48,507 nucleotides of DNA from Tolypothrix carrinoi HA7290-LM1 (GTDB lineage: Bacteria; Cyanobacteriota; Cyanobacteriia; Cyanobacteriales; Nostocaceae), in NCBI GenBank assembly GCA_019358935.1, contig JAHHIK010000065.1, positions 1 through 48,507 on the forward strand, read 5' to 3'. Shown here in pieces: positions 41,050-48,507 of the stretch. The notes below the pieces were generated by a model. It was not told the origin of the DNA, searched no databases, and worked only from the letters and a program-made list of their open reading frames with translations. The number at the start of each line of letters is the position of its first letter. The stretch's first letter is position 1. The translations under genes and the position numbers were made by a program.

Positions 41050-41403
41050 TTAAGCGTCTTGATGAAAGTGGCAGATGACAGATCGAACATCGAAGGAATC
41101 GTTTGGGACACCACTGATACGCAAAACATTATTGCCACTGTTTAAAACATTTCCTGCTAGCGTCACAGTTTGTGTCTGCCAATTCCCATCATTGCTAAAC
41201 AAATTTCCGACATCTGTATTGTTAACGAAAACATTGGGGCTGCCAGCAGTAAGCCCCCTTACCATAAAAGAGATGTAGGCAGTACCAGGAGCGTGTCGTC
41301 CTCCAGTATTAAAGCCCTCGGTGATGGTAAGTCCATCAGGCGCTGTTACCGTCGTCTGTTGAGTATCAGCAAGAATCGTGATAAAGTCACTAACTACAGT
41401 CAT
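41050..41403 (-). CDS. small beta-strand-rich hypothetical protein (117 aa), first gene ahead of the peptide array
   Basis: Start at MTVVSDF after GGAG; a pattern like VFVN...WQTQTVTL...L.SGNNVLRI suggests a beta-sandwich. Confidence 0.7.
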   Translation of the reverse strand: MTVVSDFITILADTQQTTVTAPDGLTITEGFNTGGRHAPGTAYISFMVRGLTAGSPNVFVNNTDVGNLFSNDGNWQTQTVTLAGNVLNSGNNVLRISGVPNDSFDVRSVICHFHQDA

Positions 41404-41605
41404 ATTGTTATCTCCACAATGCTTTAGCAATGAGTTGATTTATCCTTTGAAGATGTGGCACGTAATTCGACTTTGGCGATTACCCTCAAGGAGACTCTTC
41501 AACAATTTGCAGTTGCACCCTACCAACAATATCCAACTAGAGACCGATGACAAATTACGAACACATCCGGTTGACTTAATAATGGCAGTAAATGAGCAAA
41601 GAGTC

Positions 41606-41638
41606 TTGCACACTCATGCTGTTTTTGCACAATCTTGC
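41606..41638 (-). promoter_or_regulatory. candidate AraC-family operator (tandem direct repeat)
   Basis: On -, GCAAGATTGTGCAA-AAACA-GCATGAGTGTGCAA (12/14 identical, 19-bp period), immediately after the araC stop and upstream of the peptide array. Confidence 0.55.
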
Positions 41639-42537
41639 TATAACTTGAATAAAGTTTTAGGTGTAACTCCAGTCAATCGTTTGAAGTGGCGATTGAGGTG
41701 ACTTTGATGGGCAAAACCACAGGCTTGGGCAACATCGGCAATACTCATCTTACCTTGTAGCAGTAGTTGCTTCGCCCGTTCTACCCGCTGTTGAATCAAA
41801 TACTGGTGTGGACTAAGACCTGTAGATTGCTTAAATAATCGACAAAAGTAATAGCGACTGATGCCAAGATAAAGTGCGATCGCATCAAGAGAAATCTCTT
41901 GTGCTAAATTATCCTGGATATAATCAACTGCTTTTTTTAGCTGCTGTTGCGGTAAACCCCCTTCATACTCTTGTATAAAGGATTTTCGAGTTGAGTAATT
42001 TTGCAGGAGATGCACAGCTAAAAAGGTTGCGGCTGATTCAGCATAAAGACGGCTACCTGAACCATTAGTTTTAAGCTGTGTCTTCAGTCCCAGCCCAATT
42101 TGATGAATCAGTGCATCTTGAGCGATCAGATGCGGTAGCATTTCATATTGATCCGTATCCAGCAACTCTACAGCATTGCGAGTCAGTAATTCCGGCTCTA
42201 AATTGAGCAAAAGAATGTTGGCATCCTTATCCCAACGGATTGCTTGGGAAGTATGCATCGGACAAAGCCCTACGGCACCGGTAAACATTAACCCTGTTTT
42301 CAGATGCCTATCTAGAGTTCGCTCCACCTGAAAACTCTGACCAAGATTAATGGTGATGACAAATTGTTCCAAAGAATACTCAGGAGTCTCCCCTGGTGGT
42401 AGGAAGTGCTGTTCCAGACTCATAGCGCTCCACATTGTTCTGCCGCTAGAAAGCATAGGCGGTTGGGAGAAAACTTGTGGAAAAGCATTTTCGCCGTTTG
42501 CAACTGTTTGTTGTTGGCTATTGTTAGGTGTTTTCAT
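41638..42537 (-). CDS. AraC/XylS family transcriptional regulator
   Basis: YFCRLFKQSTGLSPHQYL...RVERAKQLL...IADVAQACGFAHQSHLNRHFKRLTGVTP. Confidence 0.95.
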   Translation of the reverse strand: MKTPNNSQQQTVANGENAFPQVFSQPPMLSSGRTMWSAMSLEQHFLPPGETPEYSLEQFVITINLGQSFQVERTLDRHLKTGLMFTGAVGLCPMHTSQAIRWDKDANILLLNLEPELLTRNAVELLDTDQYEMLPHLIAQDALIHQIGLGLKTQLKTNGSGSRLYAESAATFLAVHLLQNYSTRKSFIQEYEGGLPQQQLKKAVDYIQDNLAQEISLDAIALYLGISRYYFCRLFKQSTGLSPHQYLIQQRVERAKQLLLQGKMSIADVAQACGFAHQSHLNRHFKRLTGVTPKTLFKL

Positions 42538-42658
42538 CGCTGCTTTTTCTTTGGATTGTTTAGCAAAGCAGAAATATGAAATGGGCTACCAAGAACATCC
42601 TGGTAACCATAAATAAACAGATATAGCAATTTTCATTTGGGTGAAATTAGTGCGTATT

Positions 42659-42688
42659 TGTAGGGACAATTCATGAATTGTCCCTACA
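42659..42688. repeat. GTAG-type REP-like palindrome
   Basis: TGTAGGGACAATTCATGAATTGTCCCTACA, a perfect palindrome. Confidence 0.75.
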
Positions 42689-43000
42689 CCAAGCAATAAT
42701 GTATTGTATACAACTTTGAACAGCTATATTGAGATATGATTATAAACTTTCTTTTTTCAAGCTACTTACCTTAGACATAAAAGTTTAGATTTATATATAG
42801 GACTCATATTTTATTTATGAAAATATACGTAGGGTGCGTTATATGTAACTACAAATACTAAAAATATACGTTTTGTTTAAAAATATTTTGAGGATTCATA
42901 TATAAGCGCGATCGCTCATAATGTCTCTGGCAAAAAAAAATTTGTGGTAAAATCGGGGATTGAAAAATTTGTCAATCTTGAGCAATTTGGTATAGCGCTA

Positions 43001-43030
43001 GTAGGGTGCGTTATGCGTAACGCACCCTAC
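43001..43030. repeat. GTAG-type REP-like palindrome followed by an STRR tract (to about 43121)
   Basis: GTAGGGTGCGTTA-TGCG-TAACGCACCCTAC; a degenerate copy lies at about 42829-42860. Confidence 0.75.
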
Positions 43031-43125
43031 AAATACCTATCCACGCTCCCCCTATCCCCTATCCCCTATCCCCTATCAACTATCAACTATCAACTATCCA
43101 CTATCAACTATCCACTATCCATTTT

Positions 43126-43914
43126 ATGAAAATCGCTGATTTAATTACTTGGTTTGAAAAATGGGCAAATCCTGCTTGGTGTGAAAGCTGGGATAATTGC
43201 GGGTGGCAAATTGAACCAGGAGTTTTGCAGAAAAATGCACGGGTGTTGGTTTGTTTGACACCTACTTTAGCTGTGATGGAGGAAGCGATCGCCTTTCACG
43301 CTAATCTCATTTTTGCCCACCATCCGCTGATTTTTAATCCGCCGAAGTCTTTACGCAGTGGTGAAGCGATCGCTGAAATGGCGCGGTTAGCTTTTACTCA
43401 CAATATCGGCATTTACAGCGCTCACACTAACTTTGACCAAGTTGATGATGGCACTGCTGATGTTTTAGCTCAAATTTTACAACTTCAAGAAGTCACGCCA
43501 ATAGTACCCACACAAGCTAATTTAGGATATGGGCGCGTTGGTGTTTTAAATCCATCTCTGAGTTTACAGGATTTACTGGCGACAATTCAAACCCGACTTG
43601 CTCCTTTAAAGCTTCTTTTTTCTCCAACTCCTGATTTACAGCAGAGTATTTCGCGAGTTGCTGTTTTAGGGGGTTCGGGAGCAAGTTATATCTCAGCCGT
43701 AGTCAAAACTGGTGCTCAAGTTTATCTGACTTCTGACTGTAAGTTCCATCAATTTCAAGAAAGCCGCGATCGCAATCTCATTTTAATTGATGCCGGACAT
43801 TACGCTACCGAACGCCCCGCGTGCGATCGCCTGGTGCAAAAATTCCAAGCTTTAAACCTCGACTGGGTACAGTTGAGCCAAAAGGATGAAGATTTCCGTC
43901 AGTTTTTTCTTTAA
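43126..43914 (+). CDS. Nif3-like dinuclear metal centre protein (YbgI family)
   Basis: SWDNCG, FAHHPLIF, YSAHTNFD, VAVLGGSG, IDAGHYATE. Confidence 0.92.
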   Translation: MKIADLITWFEKWANPAWCESWDNCGWQIEPGVLQKNARVLVCLTPTLAVMEEAIAFHANLIFAHHPLIFNPPKSLRSGEAIAEMARLAFTHNIGIYSAHTNFDQVDDGTADVLAQILQLQEVTPIVPTQANLGYGRVGVLNPSLSLQDLLATIQTRLAPLKLLFSPTPDLQQSISRVAVLGGSGASYISAVVKTGAQVYLTSDCKFHQFQESRDRNLILIDAGHYATERPACDRLVQKFQALNLDWVQLSQKDEDFRQFFL

Positions 43915-44213
43915 TTAAATGTAAATATTTGTTAAAGTATCTAATTTTACTTTAACTAGAGTTGATTGAATCTCTAAAATGTATGATTTTAAACTGATAT
44001 AACTAGTATTATTATTGAAGAAAAAGGCGGAATTTGTATAGTTGAGCTTTCTTTAGAGGTGTAGCAAGAAGTTTGGTTATTTGATACGATGTGATTTAAA
44101 TCACAGCCAAAGTCTAACTACAATCACTCTTTACTACTGTTTGATATCAACTCGCAGACTAGGGAAATGTTGCAAACTGTATTTAACACATTGCTAACTA
44201 TGCCCTAATTAAA

Positions 44214-44432
44214 ATGATTCGCGCACTCATTGAATCTGCTTTCCAAACTGGATGTCTTAGTGTTGAATCCGAGGGTCTACTTCATCAAGTTTTGGCTACC
44301 AAAAGCTATGATTCAAAGGATTTAGCAGCCTTGGCAGCACTAGATGAAGCAGTTCGCGCCGGTCAAATTAAACGAGAGGCATCCTCCTCAAGTTTATTAA
44401 TGAAATTTCCCACACAATACAAACGAAGCTGA
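44214..44432 (+). CDS. small hypothetical protein
   Basis: 72-aa ORF beginning MIRALIESAFQTGCLSV, resembling small cyanobacterial proteins. Confidence 0.6.
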   Translation: MIRALIESAFQTGCLSVESEGLLHQVLATKSYDSKDLAALAALDEAVRAGQIKREASSSSLLMKFPTQYKRS

Positions 44433-44451
44433 CAGAAGAAGACTTTCTTGA

Positions 44452-44600
44452 GGGGGGGAGGGGGAAGACAAGGGAGAGGGGGAAGACAAGGGAGAGGGGG
44501 AAGACAAGGGAGATATAGAAATTTATTTTTTGTCCTCCTTGTCCTCCTTGTCCTCGTTGTCCTCCTTATCCTCCTTGTCCCCTTGTCTCCTTGTCCTCCT
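44452..44600. repeat. STRR tracts in inverted arrangement
   Basis: (GAGGGGGAAGACAAGGGA)n followed by (TTGTCCTCC)n. Confidence 0.85.
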
Positions 44601-45116
44601 TAATGACTGTCTTGCTTTGTGTCACCGAAAAAGATAAAGACGCAGTAAAGAACTTTTGGGTGTTGTTGTTTAAAACCATTAAGGTGACAGGAGAATGAGT
44701 TAAGATCAAATACATAGGGGTAAAGACTTCCCAAAAATGCCAATGATTACAAGTAGGCAACTTAAACAACCGCACTTACCACTTGTTTTGGAGTATTATT
44801 TATTACATAATGGTAGAAGTATTCACCAGAAAATACTCACGCTTGTCAGGACAACTCCCGAATTATGTAGAAACGTTGCACAATCTCGTCTCTACTATAT
44901 AAGTAGCCATTTCTAATGTTACCCCCAAAGAGATTTCGTTGAAGTGGTGGAGTAACCTGTGCTGTATGCGATCCAATCATCAAATATGACGGTTTGGATC
45001 AAGATATGCACTTGTTCGCCAACCGTGAAACTAGCTTCTTAAGGGTAGTATATATTGGGATAAAACCCAGATGTTGACAGGTTTAACTACGTCGTTTAAA
45101 AAGGCAGAAGCAGTAC

Positions 45117-45428
45117 ATGCTACACCGCAAGATTTATCAACTGTGTTGCGACGGGCGGGAGGTATGTGTATTCTTGCGGGACCAGCAACGCTGGATTGAA
45201 CGCGCCCGCATCCTCGACATAGAGGGAGATTTAGTCACCCTACGCTATGAAACAGAAGAAGAGGACGAAATTTGTTCTTGGGAAGAGATGGTTCGCCTTG
45301 AAAGTATTGGCGCTGTAACGCAAAAATTAGCTTCAGTGCCCCGTGGTAATGTCGAACCTCTTATGACTGAAGATTGTCCAGAAGCTGAACGCATCCGCAA
45401 TCGTTACACAGACTCAAATCCAGAGTAA
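45117..45428 (+). CDS. conserved cyanobacterial protein (DUF6679-like)
   Basis: MLHRKIYQLCCDGREVCVFLRDQQRWIE; family recognised from memory. Confidence 0.75.
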   Translation: MLHRKIYQLCCDGREVCVFLRDQQRWIERARILDIEGDLVTLRYETEEEDEICSWEEMVRLESIGAVTQKLASVPRGNVEPLMTEDCPEAERIRNRYTDSNPE

Positions 45429-45539
45429 GTGGGTAGTGGGCATGGGGCATGGGGCATGGGGCATGGGGTATGGGGTATTTCCCCTTTTCCCCTCTTCAAA
45501 TCCATTGCCCATTGCCCAATGCCCACTAACCACCAACAA

Positions 45540-47204
45540 CTAACTCTCACTTAACCGTTCAAAGGCAGGGCAGTAACCTTCAAGAGTTACCTTAAAGTTA
45601 TACAGGGGGGAAGCGGGGTTCCAACACCGCTGCCCCCTTTGATGTCTACAGGTACCGCAGCAATCGACATCAGACCAAATAAAGCGATCGCTATTTTGAT
45701 TGAGTAGTTCTCGTTGCGACAAACCCCGCAATACGAGTTCTTCTCCCTGCCAACGCGCTTCGATTAAGCCAGTATCGCCAAATTGTTGCCACCTAGGGTC
45801 AGCGGTAACGGCATCGGGGAGGGTAATTGTGATTACCGTTCCCAATTCTGTTAATTCACCCTCATAATTAGTCTCTGGGGCTGCTGGTTGCAAAAATGTA
45901 TCGCCAATCGGCAATTCTACTAATGTACCACTAGGGGGCGAATGTACGTGGTAGCGATTTTGCAATTCTTCTAAACTTGTGAGGTCTGCCAAATAGCCTG
46001 GGGAACCGTGGACAAAAATGACGTGCTGGGGTCGCAAATTATGAATTAGCTGGGTGGTACCAGGACCATCGCTATGCTGTGCCAAAAGATAAGTTTCGAC
46101 ACTAGTTTGTCCTGGGTATGCTTTATTAAGTTGTATATGAGTTTTTTCTGGTGAGAGAATTACCCAAGAATTCATACCTAGTTGGCAGTATTCATCCAAA
46201 TCAGTTGTAGAGTCGGTGAGGACAATACAAGGAGTGTTACCAACAGTGTGACGATATTCTGGTTGCAAACGACGCACGCGGGGACGCACTCGTTCATCCC
46301 AAAACAACGGTTGATGACGGGCGAAGTTTTGTACTGATGGGGGCAGGTGGGGTAACAATTCTAAGTAAGCATCGCATCCGGTGGCGACAGTACCATCAAC
46401 CCAAATATCTATGTCGCGTCCGGTGAAATGGTGATGGCTGCGTAACAGCATCAATAATTCTTGACCTAGACCCAATGCTGGTGTAGGTAGTAGTACGGAG
46501 GAACGGTCAGCGATCGCCCGATTAATTCGTTCTGCTAGTTGATTTTCTTGATTGCGTCGGTGCGGATGACGCGATGTGCCATAACTGCCTTCAATAATTA
46601 GCACATCCAATTCTAATCCGCGCAATTCCTCTAAACGCAAACCTTCTACTAGCCGCGAGTTCGATAAGAAAAAGTCACCTGTATAAAGTAATTTGTAAGA
46701 GCGTTCCTGGGTGGTGTAGGTGAGGAGAATCGCCACCGCTCCGGGTAGATGACCTGCGGGGTATAATTCTGCTACTAAACCTTCTTTAAATTCCACAGGC
46801 GATCGCAACGGCAACGCTTGACAAAATTGGGGAATTTCCGCTTCAGTTTGATCCTGCCAATTCAGCGGTAGTAACTTGCTTGTCACCTCGCTGGCGTAAA
46901 TCGGTAATAGAGGAAAAGCCTCATGCAGTGCTAGCAACCCGCTAGCATGATCTGGGTGAGCGTGACTTACCAAAACTAAATCTGCTGGTAAAGGCGAATT
47001 GCCTCGCTTTGCCGACTTTTTCAGCCCCTTTACCAGCTCGGAAATATCTTTTAAGCCACAGTCAAGCAGAATGCGGTGCGGTCCCATCCGCACCAATAAA
47101 CAGACACCTTCATCCTTATGGTGGACACCATAGGGAAAACATTCTAATTCATTCGTCCCCTCGGCTGCATCAATGCGAGAGGATACTGACAGATCCTCAC
47201 TCAT
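45540..47204 (-). CDS. MBL-fold beta-CASP ribonuclease (CPSF/YSH1-like) with a C-terminal Cys cluster
   Basis: LLDCG, SHAHPDH, AGHLPGA, YTGDF, IEGSYG, AQHSD, VHG; C-terminal CCGTC...C...C. Confidence 0.88.
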   Translation of the reverse strand: MSEDLSVSSRIDAAEGTNELECFPYGVHHKDEGVCLLVRMGPHRILLDCGLKDISELVKGLKKSAKRGNSPLPADLVLVSHAHPDHASGLLALHEAFPLLPIYASEVTSKLLPLNWQDQTEAEIPQFCQALPLRSPVEFKEGLVAELYPAGHLPGAVAILLTYTTQERSYKLLYTGDFFLSNSRLVEGLRLEELRGLELDVLIIEGSYGTSRHPHRRNQENQLAERINRAIADRSSVLLPTPALGLGQELLMLLRSHHHFTGRDIDIWVDGTVATGCDAYLELLPHLPPSVQNFARHQPLFWDERVRPRVRRLQPEYRHTVGNTPCIVLTDSTTDLDEYCQLGMNSWVILSPEKTHIQLNKAYPGQTSVETYLLAQHSDGPGTTQLIHNLRPQHVIFVHGSPGYLADLTSLEELQNRYHVHSPPSGTLVELPIGDTFLQPAAPETNYEGELTELGTVITITLPDAVTADPRWQQFGDTGLIEARWQGEELVLRGLSQRELLNQNSDRFIWSDVDCCGTCRHQRGQRCWNPASPLYNFKVTLEGYCPAFERLSES

Positions 47205-47414
47205 GGTCTTTTCCCCTCAAACCTCATATTTGTTGCACATTTCCCAAAAGCCTAGATTTACGCGGTTTTTGGTCTTGTGACCTTGGGGTAAGTTCCTAAG
47301 TGCGTCGCTGCCCGAATGCGGATTATGGAATTGGGGAGGACGCCTCCGAACCCGCGTTGGTTCGGAAAAACGTGGATAATGACAACCCATCAAACTAGGG
47401 GCTAAGGGCGTTTG

Positions 47415-47537
47415 TTAATGTGCCGATCCATTGCCGTGGTAGTTGTCTGAGTCATAAAAGCCATTTTTCGTGCCGAAAAATAAGCACGCAACGGTAAAGA
47501 TAACTGTTAATCCAACTAATATCAATTTTACATCCAT
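47415..47537 (-). CDS. ndhP: NDH-1L complex subunit NdhP
   Basis: 40 aa, MDVKLILVGLTVIFTVACLFFGTKNGFYDSDNYHGNGSAH; diagnostic C-terminus. Confidence 0.9.
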   Translation of the reverse strand: MDVKLILVGLTVIFTVACLFFGTKNGFYDSDNYHGNGSAH

Positions 47538-47741
47538 TTGTTTGTCGCCCTCTACTAAAGACGTCTTTATCTTAATAGAGCGATCGGCGCAATTGAGCCG
47601 AATCACCAAAATTTTTTACTATGTTTGGGTCGATTGGGCAATAGGTAAGATTACCACAATTAGAACTGATTGTAGAACTTTTCGGTTGACGTGTCTATCT
47701 ATCTGGGAATAGAGGAATTGGCGATCGCATTTAAAAGTCTT

Positions 47742-47771
47742 GTAGGGGACTCTTCATGAAGAGTCCCCTAC
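47742..47771. repeat. GTAG-type REP-like palindrome
   Basis: GTAGGGGACTCTTCATGAAGAGTCCCCTAC, a perfect palindrome. Confidence 0.75.
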
Positions 47772-47910
47772 GTATTTTTGCGTCAGTTATATCTATATAA
47801 AATTTTACACCCAGTTATTAACATTATTGGTAAAAATAGAACAACCTTACATAGTGTGGTTTACTGATTAATAGTGTAATCAAGTAAACATCACAATATT
47901 GGGAGATACA

Positions 47911-48198
47911 ATGTTCGGCTTGGGAATTACTCGTTTGTGTCGTGTGTTGTTGGGTATTGCGATCAGTGCCGTATCGCAGACACTCGCTTTTTGTGTAAAT
48001 TACGCTAATGCTCAAATTACACCAGATGGCACTCTACCCAATAATTCCAATATCAGATTAGAGGCGAAGACTTTTAACATCACTGGCGGAACCCAAGCTG
48101 GAAGCAACTTGTTTCACAGCTTCCAACAATTTTCTGTACCTACTGGTGGCACTGCTTTCTTCAACAATGCTGTTGATATTCAGAACATTATTGGTAGG
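47911..48198 (+). pseudogene. filamentous haemagglutinin/TpsA N-terminal domain gene interrupted by an IS
   Basis: Signal peptide ANA-QITPDGTL, then ITGGTQAGSNLFHSFQQFSVP and NIIGR; similarity stops exactly at the IS end (48199). Confidence 0.85.
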
Positions 48199-48507
48199 TT
48201 GACATCCTCCCCGGCGCGTAAACGCACGGGGATTCCTGAAATCGCTTTCAGGTTTTTCTCTTTCTTCGAGTTCCCTTACATGAGCGCGTTTCCGCATTGT
48301 CCCGCAGAGGGGAATCTCACGCCTAGACTTCAAGTTCGGTGCTAACCACCGTATTTGCCCATTCTTTCAGAGCTAATTTCAAAATATTCAACGCTGCATT
48401 TTCAATTAAAGTCAGCGACTTCCTCGCGGAAGCCGCTGCTCTCCAAAACGGAACGTGATACTTTCGTATCATTCCGCTCCGAGCGTGAAATGGTGCTTGT
48501 CACACAT
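48199..48507 (-). mobile_element. tnpB: right end of an IS200/IS605-family element (tnpB 3' end plus probable omegaRNA region); continues beyond the window
   Basis: On -, the TnpB tail ENAALNILKLALKEWANTVVSTELEV* (48403-48323), a subterminal hairpin ATCCCCGTGCGTTTACGCGCCGGGGAGGAT and a terminal TCAA. Confidence 0.8.
48405..48507 (-). ncRNA. 3' end of a group II intron (domains V and VI)
   Basis: 34-nt domain V GAGCGGAATGATACGAAAGTATCACGTTCCGTTT (AGC triad, GAAA loop, 2-nt bulge), then a domain VI-like stem CAGCGGCTTC/GAAGTCGCTG followed by ACTTTAAT (AY end). Confidence 0.85.

Noticed and set aside
42845..42858. NtcA box GTA-N8-TAC (GTAACTACAAATAC) upstream of araC
   Set aside because: It lies within a deletion derivative of the REP-like repeat seen intact at 43001-43038, so the match is probably coincidental.
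47208..47402. 6S RNA (ssaA)
   Set aside because: Size and rod-like pairing are suggestive, but the sequence does not resemble cyanobacterial 6S RNA as I recall it. Kept only as a candidate leader structure.
48199..48345. C-terminal part of the listed 148-aa ORF 47899..48345
   Set aside because: It is read-through from the broken tpsA into the IS right end, not a genuine protein tail.

Overview
This window comes from a cyanobacterial chromosome, most likely Nostocales, judging by the abundant HIP1 GCGATCGC octamers, STRR tandem repeats and GTAG-REP-like palindromes. From left to right it holds: the 3' part of a retron-type reverse transcriptase cut off at a recombinase-site-like junction; two tandem FG-GAP/VCBS repeat genes; pepP; an 8-gene Wzx/Wzy exopolysaccharide cluster; an ADP-ribosylglycohydrolase fused to an ART-like domain; ftsH; gltX; tRNA-Asp; two Ser/Thr kinases; and several housekeeping genes. 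An accessory locus follows (about 35.1-42.6 kb) in which an HlyD adaptor and a C39-peptidase ABC exporter converge on seven small double-glycine-type leader peptides, a small beta-rich protein and an AraC regulator. Two of the seven peptides are missing from the ORF track. The most striking observation is that several peptide cores read like short snippets of conserved motifs from unrelated proteins (type IV pilin, HU, haemagglutinin repeats, phage/CIS tail tube, the DUF4157 HExxH motif). This suggests a possibly undescribed exported mimic or decoy peptide library. The window ends with nif3, a beta-CASP nuclease, ndhP and a triple nesting: a group II intron inside an IS200/IS605 tnpB inside a filamentous-haemagglutinin gene. 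All family assignments come from motif recognition by eye; no database searches were run.
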